63,812 bases of DNA, filler included, from GCA_964501035.1; 4 parts of 4 records of this genome joined end to end with filler, not necessarily neighbours in it, one strand, 5' to 3'. Shown: positions 1 to 10,147, numbered from the whole stretch's first letter. Notes: generated from the letters alone by a model not told the origin. Program-made: numbers and translations.

Positions 1-609
1 TTCTTTAAAATCAGCTTTAAATATTCTTCTAACACCGGATAAATGCTTTTTTAGATGGGGAATAACCTTTTTAGATAAAAGCGTAACCCTATCTTTTTCA
101 CCCTTTCCATCTCTGACGATTATATGTTTTTTATCGAAGTCTACATCCTTAACACGCAATCTTAAACATTCTGTTAATCGAAGTCCTGAACCATAAAGGA
201 GAGAAGCCATCAATTGCTTTTCGCTGGAAAGGTTTATCAAAATTTGTTTAACTTCTTCTTTTGTGAAAACAACTGGTATTTTTTTACTTCGTTTCGCTCT
301 TACCACATTCCCAAAATCGCCTAATTCTTTGTGGAGTACGTGTTTATATAGAAATAGAATAGCGCTCAATGCTTGATTTTGAGTAGATGCTGAAACCCGT
401 CGATATGTAGCTAAATACGACAAGAATTGATTCACTTCTTTTTCACCCATTTCTTTTGGATGCTTTTTATTATGAAACAAAACAAACTGTTTAATCCATT
501 GCTTATATGTCTTTTCTGTTCTTCGACTATAATGTAAAGTATGAACTTGAATTGATACTTGTTCCAATAACTTGGGATTTTGTTGAAAATGGGGTTGTGT
601 GTCTGGCAT
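1..609 (-). CDS. intI: Integron integrase (tyrosine recombinase), 3'-truncated by window edge; absent from the ORF track
   Basis: Manual translation of the minus strand gives MPDTQPHFQQNPKLLEQVSIQVHTLHYSRRTEKTYKQWIKQFVLFHNKKHPKEMG...VSASTQNQALSAILFLYK...KIPVVFTKEEV...LLYGSGLRLTECLRLRVKDVDF...VRDGKGEKDRVTLL, the hallmark IntI N-terminus and box I. Alternative in-frame ATGs at 618 and 621. Confidence 0.93.
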   Translation of the reverse strand, partial: MPDTQPHFQQNPKLLEQVSIQVHTLHYSRRTEKTYKQWIKQFVLFHNKKHPKEMGEKEVNQFLSYLATYRRVSASTQNQALSAILFLYKHVLHKELGDFGNVVRAKRSKKIPVVFTKEEVKQILINLSSEKQLMASLLYGSGLRLTECLRLRVKDVDFDKKHIIVRDGKGEKDRVTLLSKKVIPHLKKHLSGVRRIFKADFKE

Positions 610-652
610 GGGAACCATCATCTGTTTTTGAACTATTTAATCCTTATTCTAT

Positions 653-680
653 TTGACTTTTCATATTAACCACGCATAAT
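653..680 (+). promoter_or_regulatory. Candidate sigma70 promoter (possible integron Pc), pointing away from intI
   Basis: TTGACT (653-658), 16 bp, CATAAT (675-680); near-consensus and divergent from intI. Confidence 0.45.
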
Positions 681-805
681 ATTAACGATAATAAGAGGTA
701 ATTAGCAAAGTTTAATTTTGAGACCCGCATCACGAATTTACGGCTGATAATTGTTTAACTTTACTCCACAGAAAGTATGTCTGTCTGCTCGGATGTGTTT
801 CTGTT

Positions 806-844
806 GTAGGGAATAACTTGAATAAGGTTGTTCCCTACTTTTTA
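806..844 (+). terminator. Hairpin plus T-tract overlapping the copA stop codon
   Basis: GTAGGGAATAAC...GTTGTTCCCTAC (806-838) followed by a T run on the + strand. Confidence 0.55.
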
Positions 845-3021
845 AATCGCTTGAGTAATAATGTATTACTCACAACAGAAACCGAAGAAAATGCCATGGC
901 CAACCCAGCCAACATGGGTTGTAATAAATACCCATTTAAAGGATACAATACCCCCATGGCTATAGGAATACCAATAATATTATAAGCGAATGCCCAAAAC
1001 AAGTTTTGTTTAATTTTTCGCATCACCTGTTTACTTAACGACAATGCAATAGGAAGTGACATTAAACTTGGGTTGAGTAATACAACATCACCGGTTTGCA
1101 TAGCGACATCCGTTCCACTTCCAACAGCTATACCAATATCCGCTGTGGCTAATGCCGGTGCATCATTTACACCATCACCTACCATTGCTACACTACCATG
1201 TGACGCCTGCAATTCGGCAATCTTTTCAGACTTTTCATGGGGCATCACCTCAGCCATAATATGGGATATTCCCAAAGTGTGCATCATGGGTTGTGCAATG
1301 GCCTGTCTATCTCCTGTAATCATCCAGGTTTCATAATGATGTGAATGCAATGCATCAATCACCTTTTTAGACTCATCTTTTGTGGTGTCAGCAATCCAAA
1401 AACATGCTACCCATTCTCCATCAATAGCAAGATGCACCACATTCATTCCTTGTTTTTGTCCTGCTTCATCCTGAGAATTTGCATTCTTACTCACAAAGTT
1501 TGATTGCTCATTTAGGAATCGAAGGGAACCCATCACTATATTTTTATTCTGTGAAATACCTTTAATACCCTTGCCTTGCACCGATTCAAATTGTTGGATA
1601 GGTATATCGGTTACTTGGTGAGTTGTGCAATATCTGACAATGGCATTTGCTAAATGATGTTCAGATAACTGTTCAAGTCCCAATGCAATCCCCAAATTCG
1701 TTGTATCATTTCCATCAGAAACAAATTTTTGTACCGACATTTCACCGGTTGTTAATGTACCCGTTTTATCAAAAACTACGGTGTTAACTTCACTTAATCG
1801 CTGTAATGATTCAGCTGATTTAAAATGAATACCATGTTTTGCACCAATTCCAGACCCCACAACAATAGCTGTTGGGGTTGCCAAACCAAGGGCACATGGG
1901 CACGCAATAATGAGAACTGAAATTAAAATATTTGTGGAAAAGAGCAGATTCTCACCACCTATAAAAAACCAAAATAATGCACTACCCAATGCAAGTAAAA
2001 TAACAATAGGTACAAATACGGAGGCTATCAAGTCTGCCAATGATTGAATGGGTGCTTTTGTAGATTGTGCTTCTTTGACCAGCTCAATAATGCGTGAGAA
2101 AACAGTATCTTTTCCAACCGATGTAGCACGAAAACTAATCACACCATTGGTATTGATGGTTGCACCCGTAACATGATCACCTTTTTGTTTGAAAACTGGA
2201 CTAGATTCACCCGTTATTACAGATTCATCTACATAGGATTCACCTTCAATAACATCACCATCGACGGGTACCTTTCCCCCCGGCTTGACTCGAATGATAT
2301 CACCCACTTCAATATCCATGATATTGACTTCTACCCATTCATCATTTATGTTTTTCCACCCCGTTGCCGGTGCAGTGGAAAGCAATGATTTTAATGCCTC
2401 AGTAGTTTTATTTTTTGCTCTGGATTCTAAGTATTTACCTAAAGTGATAAAAACTAAAATAACACCTGCAGATTCAAAATAATAGGATGTGAATCCAGCA
2501 AATTCCAATGCAAAATATTCATTTGCTCCTGATATGAGCGAGAAAACAAATGCTGATCCAGTCCCCAATGCTACTAAACTATTCATATCGGGATGACGAT
2601 TTAACAATGCCTTAAAACCAGACGTAAAATAATGATGACATAGTACAATAATGGGGGTGGTTAAACTCAATTGGATTAAGAGTGATATTGTGGGTGAAAA
2701 AAGGGGTGATATAAACATTTCCCACATGGCAAAAATTAACAGAGGAAAACCAAATACGGCGACCCATATTGTTCGCTTAAACCAAACATCTACTTCATCC
2801 ACCGACTTTTTGGATGACTCCTCAGACAGCGAATATCCTGCTTTTTCTATGGCATCAAAAAGAGACTGTTTTTTCACATGGTCTGTACAAGTGATAGATA
2901 CAGTTTCAAGTGGTAGATTTACGGAAACAGATTCAACACCCTCAACAGCATTTAATGCTTTTTCTGCATTAGAAACACATCCTGCACAATGGAGTCCATG
3001 AATTTGAAACCTGCGAGTCAT
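835..3021 (-). CDS. copA: Copper-translocating P1B-type ATPase
   Basis: N-terminal HMA CAGC, TGES, CPC, DKTGT, GDGVND, and the YN / MAFSS Cu(I)-type transmembrane motifs. Confidence 0.93.
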   Translation of the reverse strand: MTRRFQIHGLHCAGCVSNAEKALNAVEGVESVSVNLPLETVSITCTDHVKKQSLFDAIEKAGYSLSEESSKKSVDEVDVWFKRTIWVAVFGFPLLIFAMWEMFISPLFSPTISLLIQLSLTTPIIVLCHHYFTSGFKALLNRHPDMNSLVALGTGSAFVFSLISGANEYFALEFAGFTSYYFESAGVILVFITLGKYLESRAKNKTTEALKSLLSTAPATGWKNINDEWVEVNIMDIEVGDIIRVKPGGKVPVDGDVIEGESYVDESVITGESSPVFKQKGDHVTGATINTNGVISFRATSVGKDTVFSRIIELVKEAQSTKAPIQSLADLIASVFVPIVILLALGSALFWFFIGGENLLFSTNILISVLIIACPCALGLATPTAIVVGSGIGAKHGIHFKSAESLQRLSEVNTVVFDKTGTLTTGEMSVQKFVSDGNDTTNLGIALGLEQLSEHHLANAIVRYCTTHQVTDIPIQQFESVQGKGIKGISQNKNIVMGSLRFLNEQSNFVSKNANSQDEAGQKQGMNVVHLAIDGEWVACFWIADTTKDESKKVIDALHSHHYETWMITGDRQAIAQPMMHTLGISHIMAEVMPHEKSEKIAELQASHGSVAMVGDGVNDAPALATADIGIAVGSGTDVAMQTGDVVLLNPSLMSLPIALSLSKQVMRKIKQNLFWAFAYNIIGIPIAMGVLYPLNGYLLQPMLAGLAMAFSSVSVVSNTLLLKRFKK

Positions 3022-3024
3022 TAA

Positions 3025-6000
3025 CTACGACATTAAGATGATAACAATTTCAAGAATATCCAAAACATTAACAATACCATCAGCATTCATATCTGCAATA
3101 TAAAATTCAACAGAACTAAGGGTTTCAATTTCCAAAATTGAATTGACTACAAAGACCACGTCCAACACATTAAGTTCGGAGTCAAAATTGACATCACCCA
3201 AATTAATTTCAGGCAAGAATGGAGTGGACCAATATCCAGTTCGCTGGGGATTGCCTCTATGGATATTCCACTCACTGGCATACCCATCTGGTTTAAAATC
3301 AATGACATGTAACCCGCTTGTCATACCGGCAACCAATTCTAAATCACCATCATTATCAATATCAGATATTGCAGGTGGACAATCATCAATTTGATATGCA
3401 ATAGACATTGAATAATCTGTGTTTATATTTCCATTATTATCTAAGATAATTACATCACCCGATGTAGATATAGTTAATATTTCATTCATACCATTCAAAT
3501 CCATATCTGCAAAAACGGGTGAATGCAATGTATTGCCTCCTTCAAAGGGCCATCCATTATTTATTGCACCCATTCTGTTTATAGAATATAAATGATTGCC
3601 TTCGTTGGAAATAAAAATATCAACTCCATTGGTAGATGGTGCAGACCTAATTTTATCATCGGTATGAACATTAAAAATCAATTGCCCAATTTCGCTAATG
3701 CAATACAAATTTCCATTATCATTCCCAATAAGGATTTGATGTTCATTCACTCCATATGCATCAATTATCAAAGGAGCGGAACGAAATTTGTCATCCACAA
3801 AAAATGGAAATCCTTCGGCAATATTACCATCATCTAAAATTACGAACACATATCCATCATTGCTTGATGTTGCAACCACAATATCGTCCAAGCCATTATG
3901 GTTGAAGTCTGCTAATGCGATATCTGCATATACCTTTTCATCCAGCTCTAATGGAAAATTTTCATGCACAGGTGAACCATCCATATTAATTGCATAGACA
4001 AATCCACTATTCATTGACGCAAAGGCAATTTCTAATTCATCATCCTCATCTAAATTTCCAATTGCAGGGGAAGATATTAAAAACTCATCGGTTTCAAAAT
4101 CCAATATTACATTTCCTTGTGTATCTAAAATAAATGCATGCTTGCTTTTCGAAACCACCACCAGTTCAATATTTCCATCACCATCTAAATCACCACCAGC
4201 AATGGGTGCCCAAATTTGATTTCCTGTATCAAAGGGCCAACTTCCATCTAACATTTCACCAATATGATTTGTTGCATACACAAATCCATCCATTCCGCCC
4301 CAAATTACATCCTGATTTCCATCATTATTTATATCTATTACTAGAGGGGAAGATTTTACATTTTGATTGCTTATGAAGGGATACCCCTGCTGATTAATTG
4401 TAATTTCGAAATCAACAGTAAGGGTCTGTTCAAACACTTCCCCATCTATTTCTCCAAGCAATAATAACTCAATATTATGATTTCCTAGATGTGCTTCATT
4501 CGTAATATCAATAGTAATTCCATCTGCTATAGTAGTGTAACTCGATGCAGTCATATTTGGTATATCTATTGAATTCGTAATGATGGAAATTTCAGAGTCA
4601 GTGGTGGTAACTGTTCCAGTTATTGAATCAATATATTCATTGGATGGATTAAACAGAGTGGTAAACAATTCAATTGTTTCTCCGGGATTTGCTACTGAAT
4701 CACCATCACCATTTACTTCCACTACATTGGTAGATTCAATAATAACAGTGGGATGATTTCTAAATGTTGCAACTACTAAATCGCCAGTTTCTTGAATGTT
4801 ATACACACTGACCCCCGATGGGTTTTCATTATAAAATCGAGAATTTGGAATAGTTCCATCGTTGAACTCAGTATTTCCCGATAATCCAGGCCAAATATCA
4901 TACGAATCACCATTGTTGGTTCCATAATTTAAATTAAAATTACCGTCAGCCTGTTCCAAATCAACTCGTCTATGCCATTCATCTGAGTTACACCCATTTC
5001 CGGCACAAGACACATTATCATCAATATGCCAAATCAGCAAGCCACTTCCACGCAATGTTTGATCAAACCCAACTTGTTGGCGGTTTTCAAACAAAAAATA
5101 TTGATTACTATCTTCTAATCCCGACATTTTGAAAATTAATGGATTAAACTCAACAGGGTCAAGTTCTAGAGTAATATTAGCATCATCAATTTCAATTGCA
5201 TCCACCCATCCTAACGTTGTTTTTGACCACGCACAAAAATGGGAAGGATACCATGGCGATCCACCATTACCACCCCAAGATCCACCCGACATGAGTCCCC
5301 ACGTACCTATTCCTGAAGATGAATAGTCAATATCATACAAATCAGGTAATCCAAGTGCATGACCAAATTCGTGACAGAAAACACCAATATGTACCATGGA
5401 TGTACTTGGTGGTGAACCAGTTTGTTCGGGGTTTATCGTATAACTATCAATGATGACACCATCATAATTTCGTGCATATCCTCCTAAACTCCATTTATGT
5501 GACCATATATAACTGCTATTTCCTTCTTCAGCCCCTGGACCCGCATGAACAACATTTAATGCATCAACGTATCCGTCACCATCATTGTCAAACACAGACC
5601 AATCTACACCTTGTTCTTCGGCATCATCCACTGCTTCTGCGATGAGTTGCCGAACCATATTCCAACCATTGGGTGCATTATCACCATAATTTTGATAATC
5701 TTCTGCAGCTCTAAACCAACCAAACACCGTAACATTTGGATTAAATTGACCATATGAGTTTTCAATATAGAAATCTTTAAAACTACCCGTAGCACCTTGG
5801 GATGAAACATATCCTTCTTCATTCATTAAATCATAAAAATTTTCAAGAGGATACGAATGTTCCATATTTGGATAATCAACTAAAATAAGTGGAACTTCAA
5901 ATTCGGTTCGTAACTGAATATTTGGAATAGGTGATGTATCTATATGTTCTCTTCGTGGAGGTTGAATATGTTTTTGAATTGATGATGGCAGATTTGACGA

Positions 6001-6249
6001 TGAAACATGAGCAAAAGTCTGAGTTAAAACAAATGCATTATCTTCAACTTTTTCTACATATACCCAGAACGAGTTTTCATCTTGAGTAATTGTAAAACCG
6101 TCTTGGGTTTCATTCCAATGATGCCATTCACTTCCACGTACATACCCATAAAACTGAATACCATTGGGTTGTTCATATTGGATTTTATTTGTCGTTGCTG
6201 GCATTGCAACCAGTACTGAATAAAATATAATAAATATTAGTTTTTTCAA
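3025..6249 (-). CDS. Secreted M6 (immune inhibitor A-like) metalloprotease with FG-GAP-like repeats and C-terminal dockerin-like domain
   Basis: Signal peptide; HEFGHALGLPDLY zinc motif; IWSHKW; DxDxDG repeats; C-terminal GDVNFDSELNVLDVV...ADMNADGIVNVLDIL. Confidence 0.88.
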   Translation of the reverse strand: MKKLIFIIFYSVLVAMPATTNKIQYEQPNGIQFYGYVRGSEWHHWNETQDGFTITQDENSFWVYVEKVEDNAFVLTQTFAHVSSSNLPSSIQKHIQPPRREHIDTSPIPNIQLRTEFEVPLILVDYPNMEHSYPLENFYDLMNEEGYVSSQGATGSFKDFYIENSYGQFNPNVTVFGWFRAAEDYQNYGDNAPNGWNMVRQLIAEAVDDAEEQGVDWSVFDNDGDGYVDALNVVHAGPGAEEGNSSYIWSHKWSLGGYARNYDGVIIDSYTINPEQTGSPPSTSMVHIGVFCHEFGHALGLPDLYDIDYSSSGIGTWGLMSGGSWGGNGGSPWYPSHFCAWSKTTLGWVDAIEIDDANITLELDPVEFNPLIFKMSGLEDSNQYFLFENRQQVGFDQTLRGSGLLIWHIDDNVSCAGNGCNSDEWHRRVDLEQADGNFNLNYGTNNGDSYDIWPGLSGNTEFNDGTIPNSRFYNENPSGVSVYNIQETGDLVVATFRNHPTVIIESTNVVEVNGDGDSVANPGETIELFTTLFNPSNEYIDSITGTVTTTDSEISIITNSIDIPNMTASSYTTIADGITIDITNEAHLGNHNIELLLLGEIDGEVFEQTLTVDFEITINQQGYPFISNQNVKSSPLVIDINNDGNQDVIWGGMDGFVYATNHIGEMLDGSWPFDTGNQIWAPIAGGDLDGDGNIELVVVSKSKHAFILDTQGNVILDFETDEFLISSPAIGNLDEDDELEIAFASMNSGFVYAINMDGSPVHENFPLELDEKVYADIALADFNHNGLDDIVVATSSNDGYVFVILDDGNIAEGFPFFVDDKFRSAPLIIDAYGVNEHQILIGNDNGNLYCISEIGQLIFNVHTDDKIRSAPSTNGVDIFISNEGNHLYSINRMGAINNGWPFEGGNTLHSPVFADMDLNGMNEILTISTSGDVIILDNNGNINTDYSMSIAYQIDDCPPAISDIDNDGDLELVAGMTSGLHVIDFKPDGYASEWNIHRGNPQRTGYWSTPFLPEINLGDVNFDSELNVLDVVFVVNSILEIETLSSVEFYIADMNADGIVNVLDILEIVIILMS

Positions 6250-6397
6250 TGAAAATTCCTTTAAATAATAATGAAAACTACACTCTATTTGTTACATTGG
6301 TCATCTCTTTTTTTATTACACTTTGTAAGCAATTTGGTAACAACTTTTTACATTAATCCTATTGGTCAACTGCTTATTACATAATTAATTTTGAACT

Positions 6398-8392
6398 ATG
6401 TTTGGAGTTACTATGAGACATATATTCACAACTTTTGTTGCATTAACATTTGTATTTGGAGTACAAAAATTTCCAGTAAATATAGAGTTTTCACATAAAT
6501 CTGAAATTCAGTCATTAGTTGATTTAAACATTGATTTTGACCACCATCGTAATGAGTTTGAAGTGCATGCCTATGTTAGCGATGCAGAATTTGCCGAAAT
6601 TCAATCACGTGAGATACCAATTACAAAAATACCAAATTATGCATTTGAATACTATCAAGCACTTCTGCATGAAACTCGAGATTCTTCTAATCCATTGCGT
6701 GGCTATCACGATTATAATGAACTCACAGACTTCATGCAAAATATTGCAGCTCAGTTTTCAAGCATAACCAATTTGTTCTCAATTGGTCAGTCAGTTCAAG
6801 GTAGAGAATTATGGGTGATGGAAATTTCAGATAATCCTGGAGTAAACGAAATAGAACCAGAGTTTAAGTATATTGCAAATATGCATGGGGATGAAACGGT
6901 CGGGCGTGAACTTAGTTTAAATTTAATTGAATGGCTATGTTCGAACTATGGGGTAGAAGATAGAGCAACAAACTTAGTGAATAACGCTGATATTTTTATA
7001 ATGCCAAGTATGAATCCAGATGGTTTTGAATTGGGACAACGTTATAATGCCAATAATGTGGATTTAAATCGAGATTTTCCTGACCAATTTGACGACCCTG
7101 CAAATATAACCAATGGGCGACAACCCGAAACCCGTGCAGTTATGGATTGGTCTAATAATCATAATTTTATTCTTTCAGCCAACATGCATACAGGGGCATT
7201 GGTTGCAAATTACCCCTATGATGGTCCATCGTCATATTCCTACTCAGCAACACCAGATGATAACCTTTTTATTCATCTAAGTAATAATTATGCAAACAAC
7301 CATGCAAGTATGTGGGATAGCCCAGTTTTTGAAAATGGAATTACCAATGGAGCTGAGTGGTATGCCGTATTTGGTGGCATGCAAGATTGGAATTATGTAT
7401 GGAAGCAAAATTGCGAGATCACGTTAGAACAATACGATGTAAAATGGCCAGATGAAAGTTTACTTCCTCAACTATGGCTTGATAATAAAGAATCTATGAT
7501 TAATTATATTGAGCAATCATTCATAGGATTGCACGGTCTAGTATTAGATGCTTATACAAATGAACCCCTTGATGCGATTGTTCAGATTGAATCCATTGAC
7601 CATGAAATTCGTACTGATTCAGAACATGGCGATTATTACCGCTTGTTAACCAATGGTGAATACACAGCAACAGCATTTGCAGTGGGATACGAACCACACA
7701 CAATTTCATTTGTACTGGACGAATCCTATGAATACAATTTTTATTTATTACCTTTGTCCGAATCCCAAAATATTATTGAAGATTTTGAAACAAATGATTT
7801 TTCATTAGATTGGGTACTATCAGGCGATTCGGATTGGTTTATTGATAATACAGAATCGTTTGAAGGTGGATTTTCTGTAAGGTCAGGCAATATTGGAAGC
7901 AATCAAGAATCAACAATTTCTATTGATGTAGATTTTCCCGAAGCTGGAAACATATTTTTTGCGAAGAAAATTTCATGTGAAAACGTAGGTTCATCATCTG
8001 GAAATTATTATGATTATTTAACTTTTCAAATAGATGGTGCAGAAATAAATAAATGGGCAGGTGAGCAAATTTGGTCAGTTGAATGGATACCTGTTTCTAC
8101 AGGATTACATAATTTTACCTGGACATTTGTTAAAGATGGTGGTGTATCTTCTGGAGAAGATGCAGTTTGGATTGATTTTATAGTATTCCCACAATCAGAA
8201 AATATCTATCCAATTGGGGATTTAAATTTTGATACGGTAGTAAATGTTATTGATATTGTTTTGTTGGTAAATGTAATTCTTGGTTTTGAAAACTGGACAG
8301 GTGAAACGCACTTGATTGACTTAAATGGCGATGGCAATATCAATGTTCAAGATATTGTAATGTTGGTTGGAATAATCCTAGATGAAATATAA
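6398..8392 (+). CDS. Secreted M14 carboxypeptidase (CPD/CPE, M14B-like) with regulatory domain and C-terminal dockerin-like domain
   Basis: PEFKYIANMHGDE, DLNRDFPD, NMHTG, ITNGAEWY..GGMQDWNY; C-terminal GDLNFDTVVNVIDIV...DLNGDGNINVQDIV. Start may be 6413. Confidence 0.88.
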   Translation: MFGVTMRHIFTTFVALTFVFGVQKFPVNIEFSHKSEIQSLVDLNIDFDHHRNEFEVHAYVSDAEFAEIQSREIPITKIPNYAFEYYQALLHETRDSSNPLRGYHDYNELTDFMQNIAAQFSSITNLFSIGQSVQGRELWVMEISDNPGVNEIEPEFKYIANMHGDETVGRELSLNLIEWLCSNYGVEDRATNLVNNADIFIMPSMNPDGFELGQRYNANNVDLNRDFPDQFDDPANITNGRQPETRAVMDWSNNHNFILSANMHTGALVANYPYDGPSSYSYSATPDDNLFIHLSNNYANNHASMWDSPVFENGITNGAEWYAVFGGMQDWNYVWKQNCEITLEQYDVKWPDESLLPQLWLDNKESMINYIEQSFIGLHGLVLDAYTNEPLDAIVQIESIDHEIRTDSEHGDYYRLLTNGEYTATAFAVGYEPHTISFVLDESYEYNFYLLPLSESQNIIEDFETNDFSLDWVLSGDSDWFIDNTESFEGGFSVRSGNIGSNQESTISIDVDFPEAGNIFFAKKISCENVGSSSGNYYDYLTFQIDGAEINKWAGEQIWSVEWIPVSTGLHNFTWTFVKDGGVSSGEDAVWIDFIVFPQSENIYPIGDLNFDTVVNVIDIVLLVNVILGFENWTGETHLIDLNGDGNINVQDIVMLVGIILDEI

Positions 8393-8416
8393 CTTAAACG
8401 ATATGAATAGACTTTA

Positions 8417-8599
8417 TTAGTCTTTTTTGCTAGTAAACCCAAATGGCAAATAGGCAGGGCACCATCCCAATAATCCAGTTAAAAGAGGAACAAGCCCAAT
8501 TGCACCGAGCCAATTTTGTTCAGAATAACCCCATAAAATAACCCCAAGTCCAATTAATATTCGAATTGCTTTATCCATTTTTCCAACATTACACTTCAT
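8417..8599 (-). CDS. Small membrane protein, DUF2892/YgaP-like
   Basis: MKCNVGKMDKAIR...TGLLGWCPAYLPFG pattern. Confidence 0.85.
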   Translation of the reverse strand: MKCNVGKMDKAIRILIGLGVILWGYSEQNWLGAIGLVPLLTGLLGWCPAYLPFGFTSKKD

Positions 8600-8702
8600 T
8601 TTATATCCTTTGGTTTATAATTCTAAAATTACTATGCTTTCGTCTTTGGTTGAAATACAATTTACTCCCTAAATTTATCCCATAAATTTCGAAGGGGAAA
8701 CA

Positions 8703-9050
8703 TTGAAAATTGAACGCATGAATAAAGGTAGCTGGGGTAAAATTAGAGCATTTTTTGATATTGCCACAGACGAAGGATTTATCATTAAAGGATTCAAACT
8801 TATCGAAGGCATAAATGGTATGTTTGTAGGCTTTCCAAGTCAAAAAGGGCAGGACAATGAATATTATGATACGGTCTATGCTGATAAAGTTTTGAAGGAT
8901 AATCTTTCACAAATTGCAATTACTGCTTATGGTCAAGAAGCTGCAATGCCTTCATCACCAACAAATGCAGGTTTTACACCACCGCCGGCACCAACGGAAT
9001 CAAGCATGCCCCCTGCTGAAGCATATAACGACGACGATATTCCTTTTTAA
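8703..9050 (+). CDS. spoVG: SpoVG-family nucleic-acid-binding protein with Pro-rich tail ending DDDIPF
   Basis: IKGFKLIEGINGMFVGFPSQK...YYDTVY core; TTG start preceded by GAAGGGG. Confidence 0.8.
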   Translation: MKIERMNKGSWGKIRAFFDIATDEGFIIKGFKLIEGINGMFVGFPSQKGQDNEYYDTVYADKVLKDNLSQIAITAYGQEAAMPSSPTNAGFTPPPAPTESSMPPAEAYNDDDIPF

Positions 9051-9053
9051 CAC

Positions 9054-9428
9054 ATGAAACATATATTTTGGGTTGGTCTAGGTGGTTTTTTGGGAGCGAG
9101 TTCTCGCTTTGCAACCGGTGTATGGCTTTCCCGATATGTTTCACATAGCTTTCCATTCTCAACATTTATTGTTAACTTCATTGGATGTGTCCTGCTGGGT
9201 GCATTGGTAAGCATTGGATTTGACAAACAATCACAATTCCCAGTAAATGAATTTCTCGCAATTGGTGTTTTGGGTGGATTTACTACATTTTCCACATTTG
9301 GATTAGAATCATTTCACCTAATACGAGATGGTCATTTTAATACAGCTATTGTGTATGTATTTAGCAGTATTGTTATGGGGCTTTTGGGTATTTGGATTGG
9401 CATGGCAGTCTCTCGGTTTTCACTTTAA
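9054..9428 (+). CDS. crcB: Fluoride efflux channel FluC/CrcB
   Basis: GGFLGASSR, TFIVNFIGC, GGFTTFSTF motifs; 124 aa with four hydrophobic helices. Confidence 0.93.
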   Translation: MKHIFWVGLGGFLGASSRFATGVWLSRYVSHSFPFSTFIVNFIGCVLLGALVSIGFDKQSQFPVNEFLAIGVLGGFTTFSTFGLESFHLIRDGHFNTAIVYVFSSIVMGLLGIWIGMAVSRFSL

Positions 9429-9454
9429 TTCCATAAATATGTAAGGAGTAGCGT

Positions 9455-10132
9455 ATGGAATGGTTTTTTAAGTTTTTCAACTCTTCAATCGGCAAGAAAT
9501 TTTTCATGGCACTTACCGGATTGTTGTTAAGTTTATTTTTGATTATTCATCTTGGAAACAATCTCATGTTATTGGTGGACACCACCGGGGGTGTTTTCAA
9601 TAATCTTGTTGGTGGTTTGGGAGGTCTAAAACCACTTGTCAGGACTATTGAAGTGATGTTGGCAATATTGTTTTTGATGCATATTTTAAATGGTATTCGG
9701 CTCACATTACAAAATAAAAAATCTACGGCAACTGGATATAAGATTAATGGTGGTTCGGAAACAGCAACACTATCATCTCGTTCTATGGCACTTACTGGGT
9801 TGATTATTTTTGCCTTTTTAGCATTTCACTTAAATACAATTTGGTGCAAATTTCAAGAAATGCATGCATCCCACGACCATAATTTCTTTGATGTGGTTGT
9901 ATCATCCAATATTGGATTTGGAAATGTATGGGTTACCTTGTTTTATATTCTTGCTTTAGTTTTGTTAGCAGTGCATTTAAAACATGGATTTCAATCTGCA
10001 TTTCAAACATTTGGCTTGTCTGATGGCCGTTACAAATCAGTTGTAAATTGTATTGCAGTGTTTTTTTGGTTCATTATACCAGCACTGTTTATTGGTATCG
10101 CAATATACTTTGGCTTCATTTTTAAACATTAA
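9455..10132 (+). CDS. sdhC: Succinate dehydrogenase/fumarate reductase cytochrome b subunit
   Basis: SSIGKKFFMALTGL, HLGNN, HLKHGFQSAFQTFG; lies upstream of sdhAB. Confidence 0.9.
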   Translation: MEWFFKFFNSSIGKKFFMALTGLLLSLFLIIHLGNNLMLLVDTTGGVFNNLVGGLGGLKPLVRTIEVMLAILFLMHILNGIRLTLQNKKSTATGYKINGGSETATLSSRSMALTGLIIFAFLAFHLNTIWCKFQEMHASHDHNFFDVVVSSNIGFGNVWVTLFYILALVLLAVHLKHGFQSAFQTFGLSDGRYKSVVNCIAVFFWFIIPALFIGIAIYFGFIFKH

Positions 10133-10147
10133 AAAAAGGGTTATATA

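Noticed and set aside
806..838. Hairpin with AAC...GTT as a possible attC site
   Set aside because: Only 33 bp, cores do not fit RYYYAAC/GTTRRRY, no L boxes; better explained as a terminator
8950..9054. Fluoride riboswitch upstream of crcB
   Set aside because: The upstream sequence is spoVG coding DNA with a 3-bp gap; no riboswitch consensus seen
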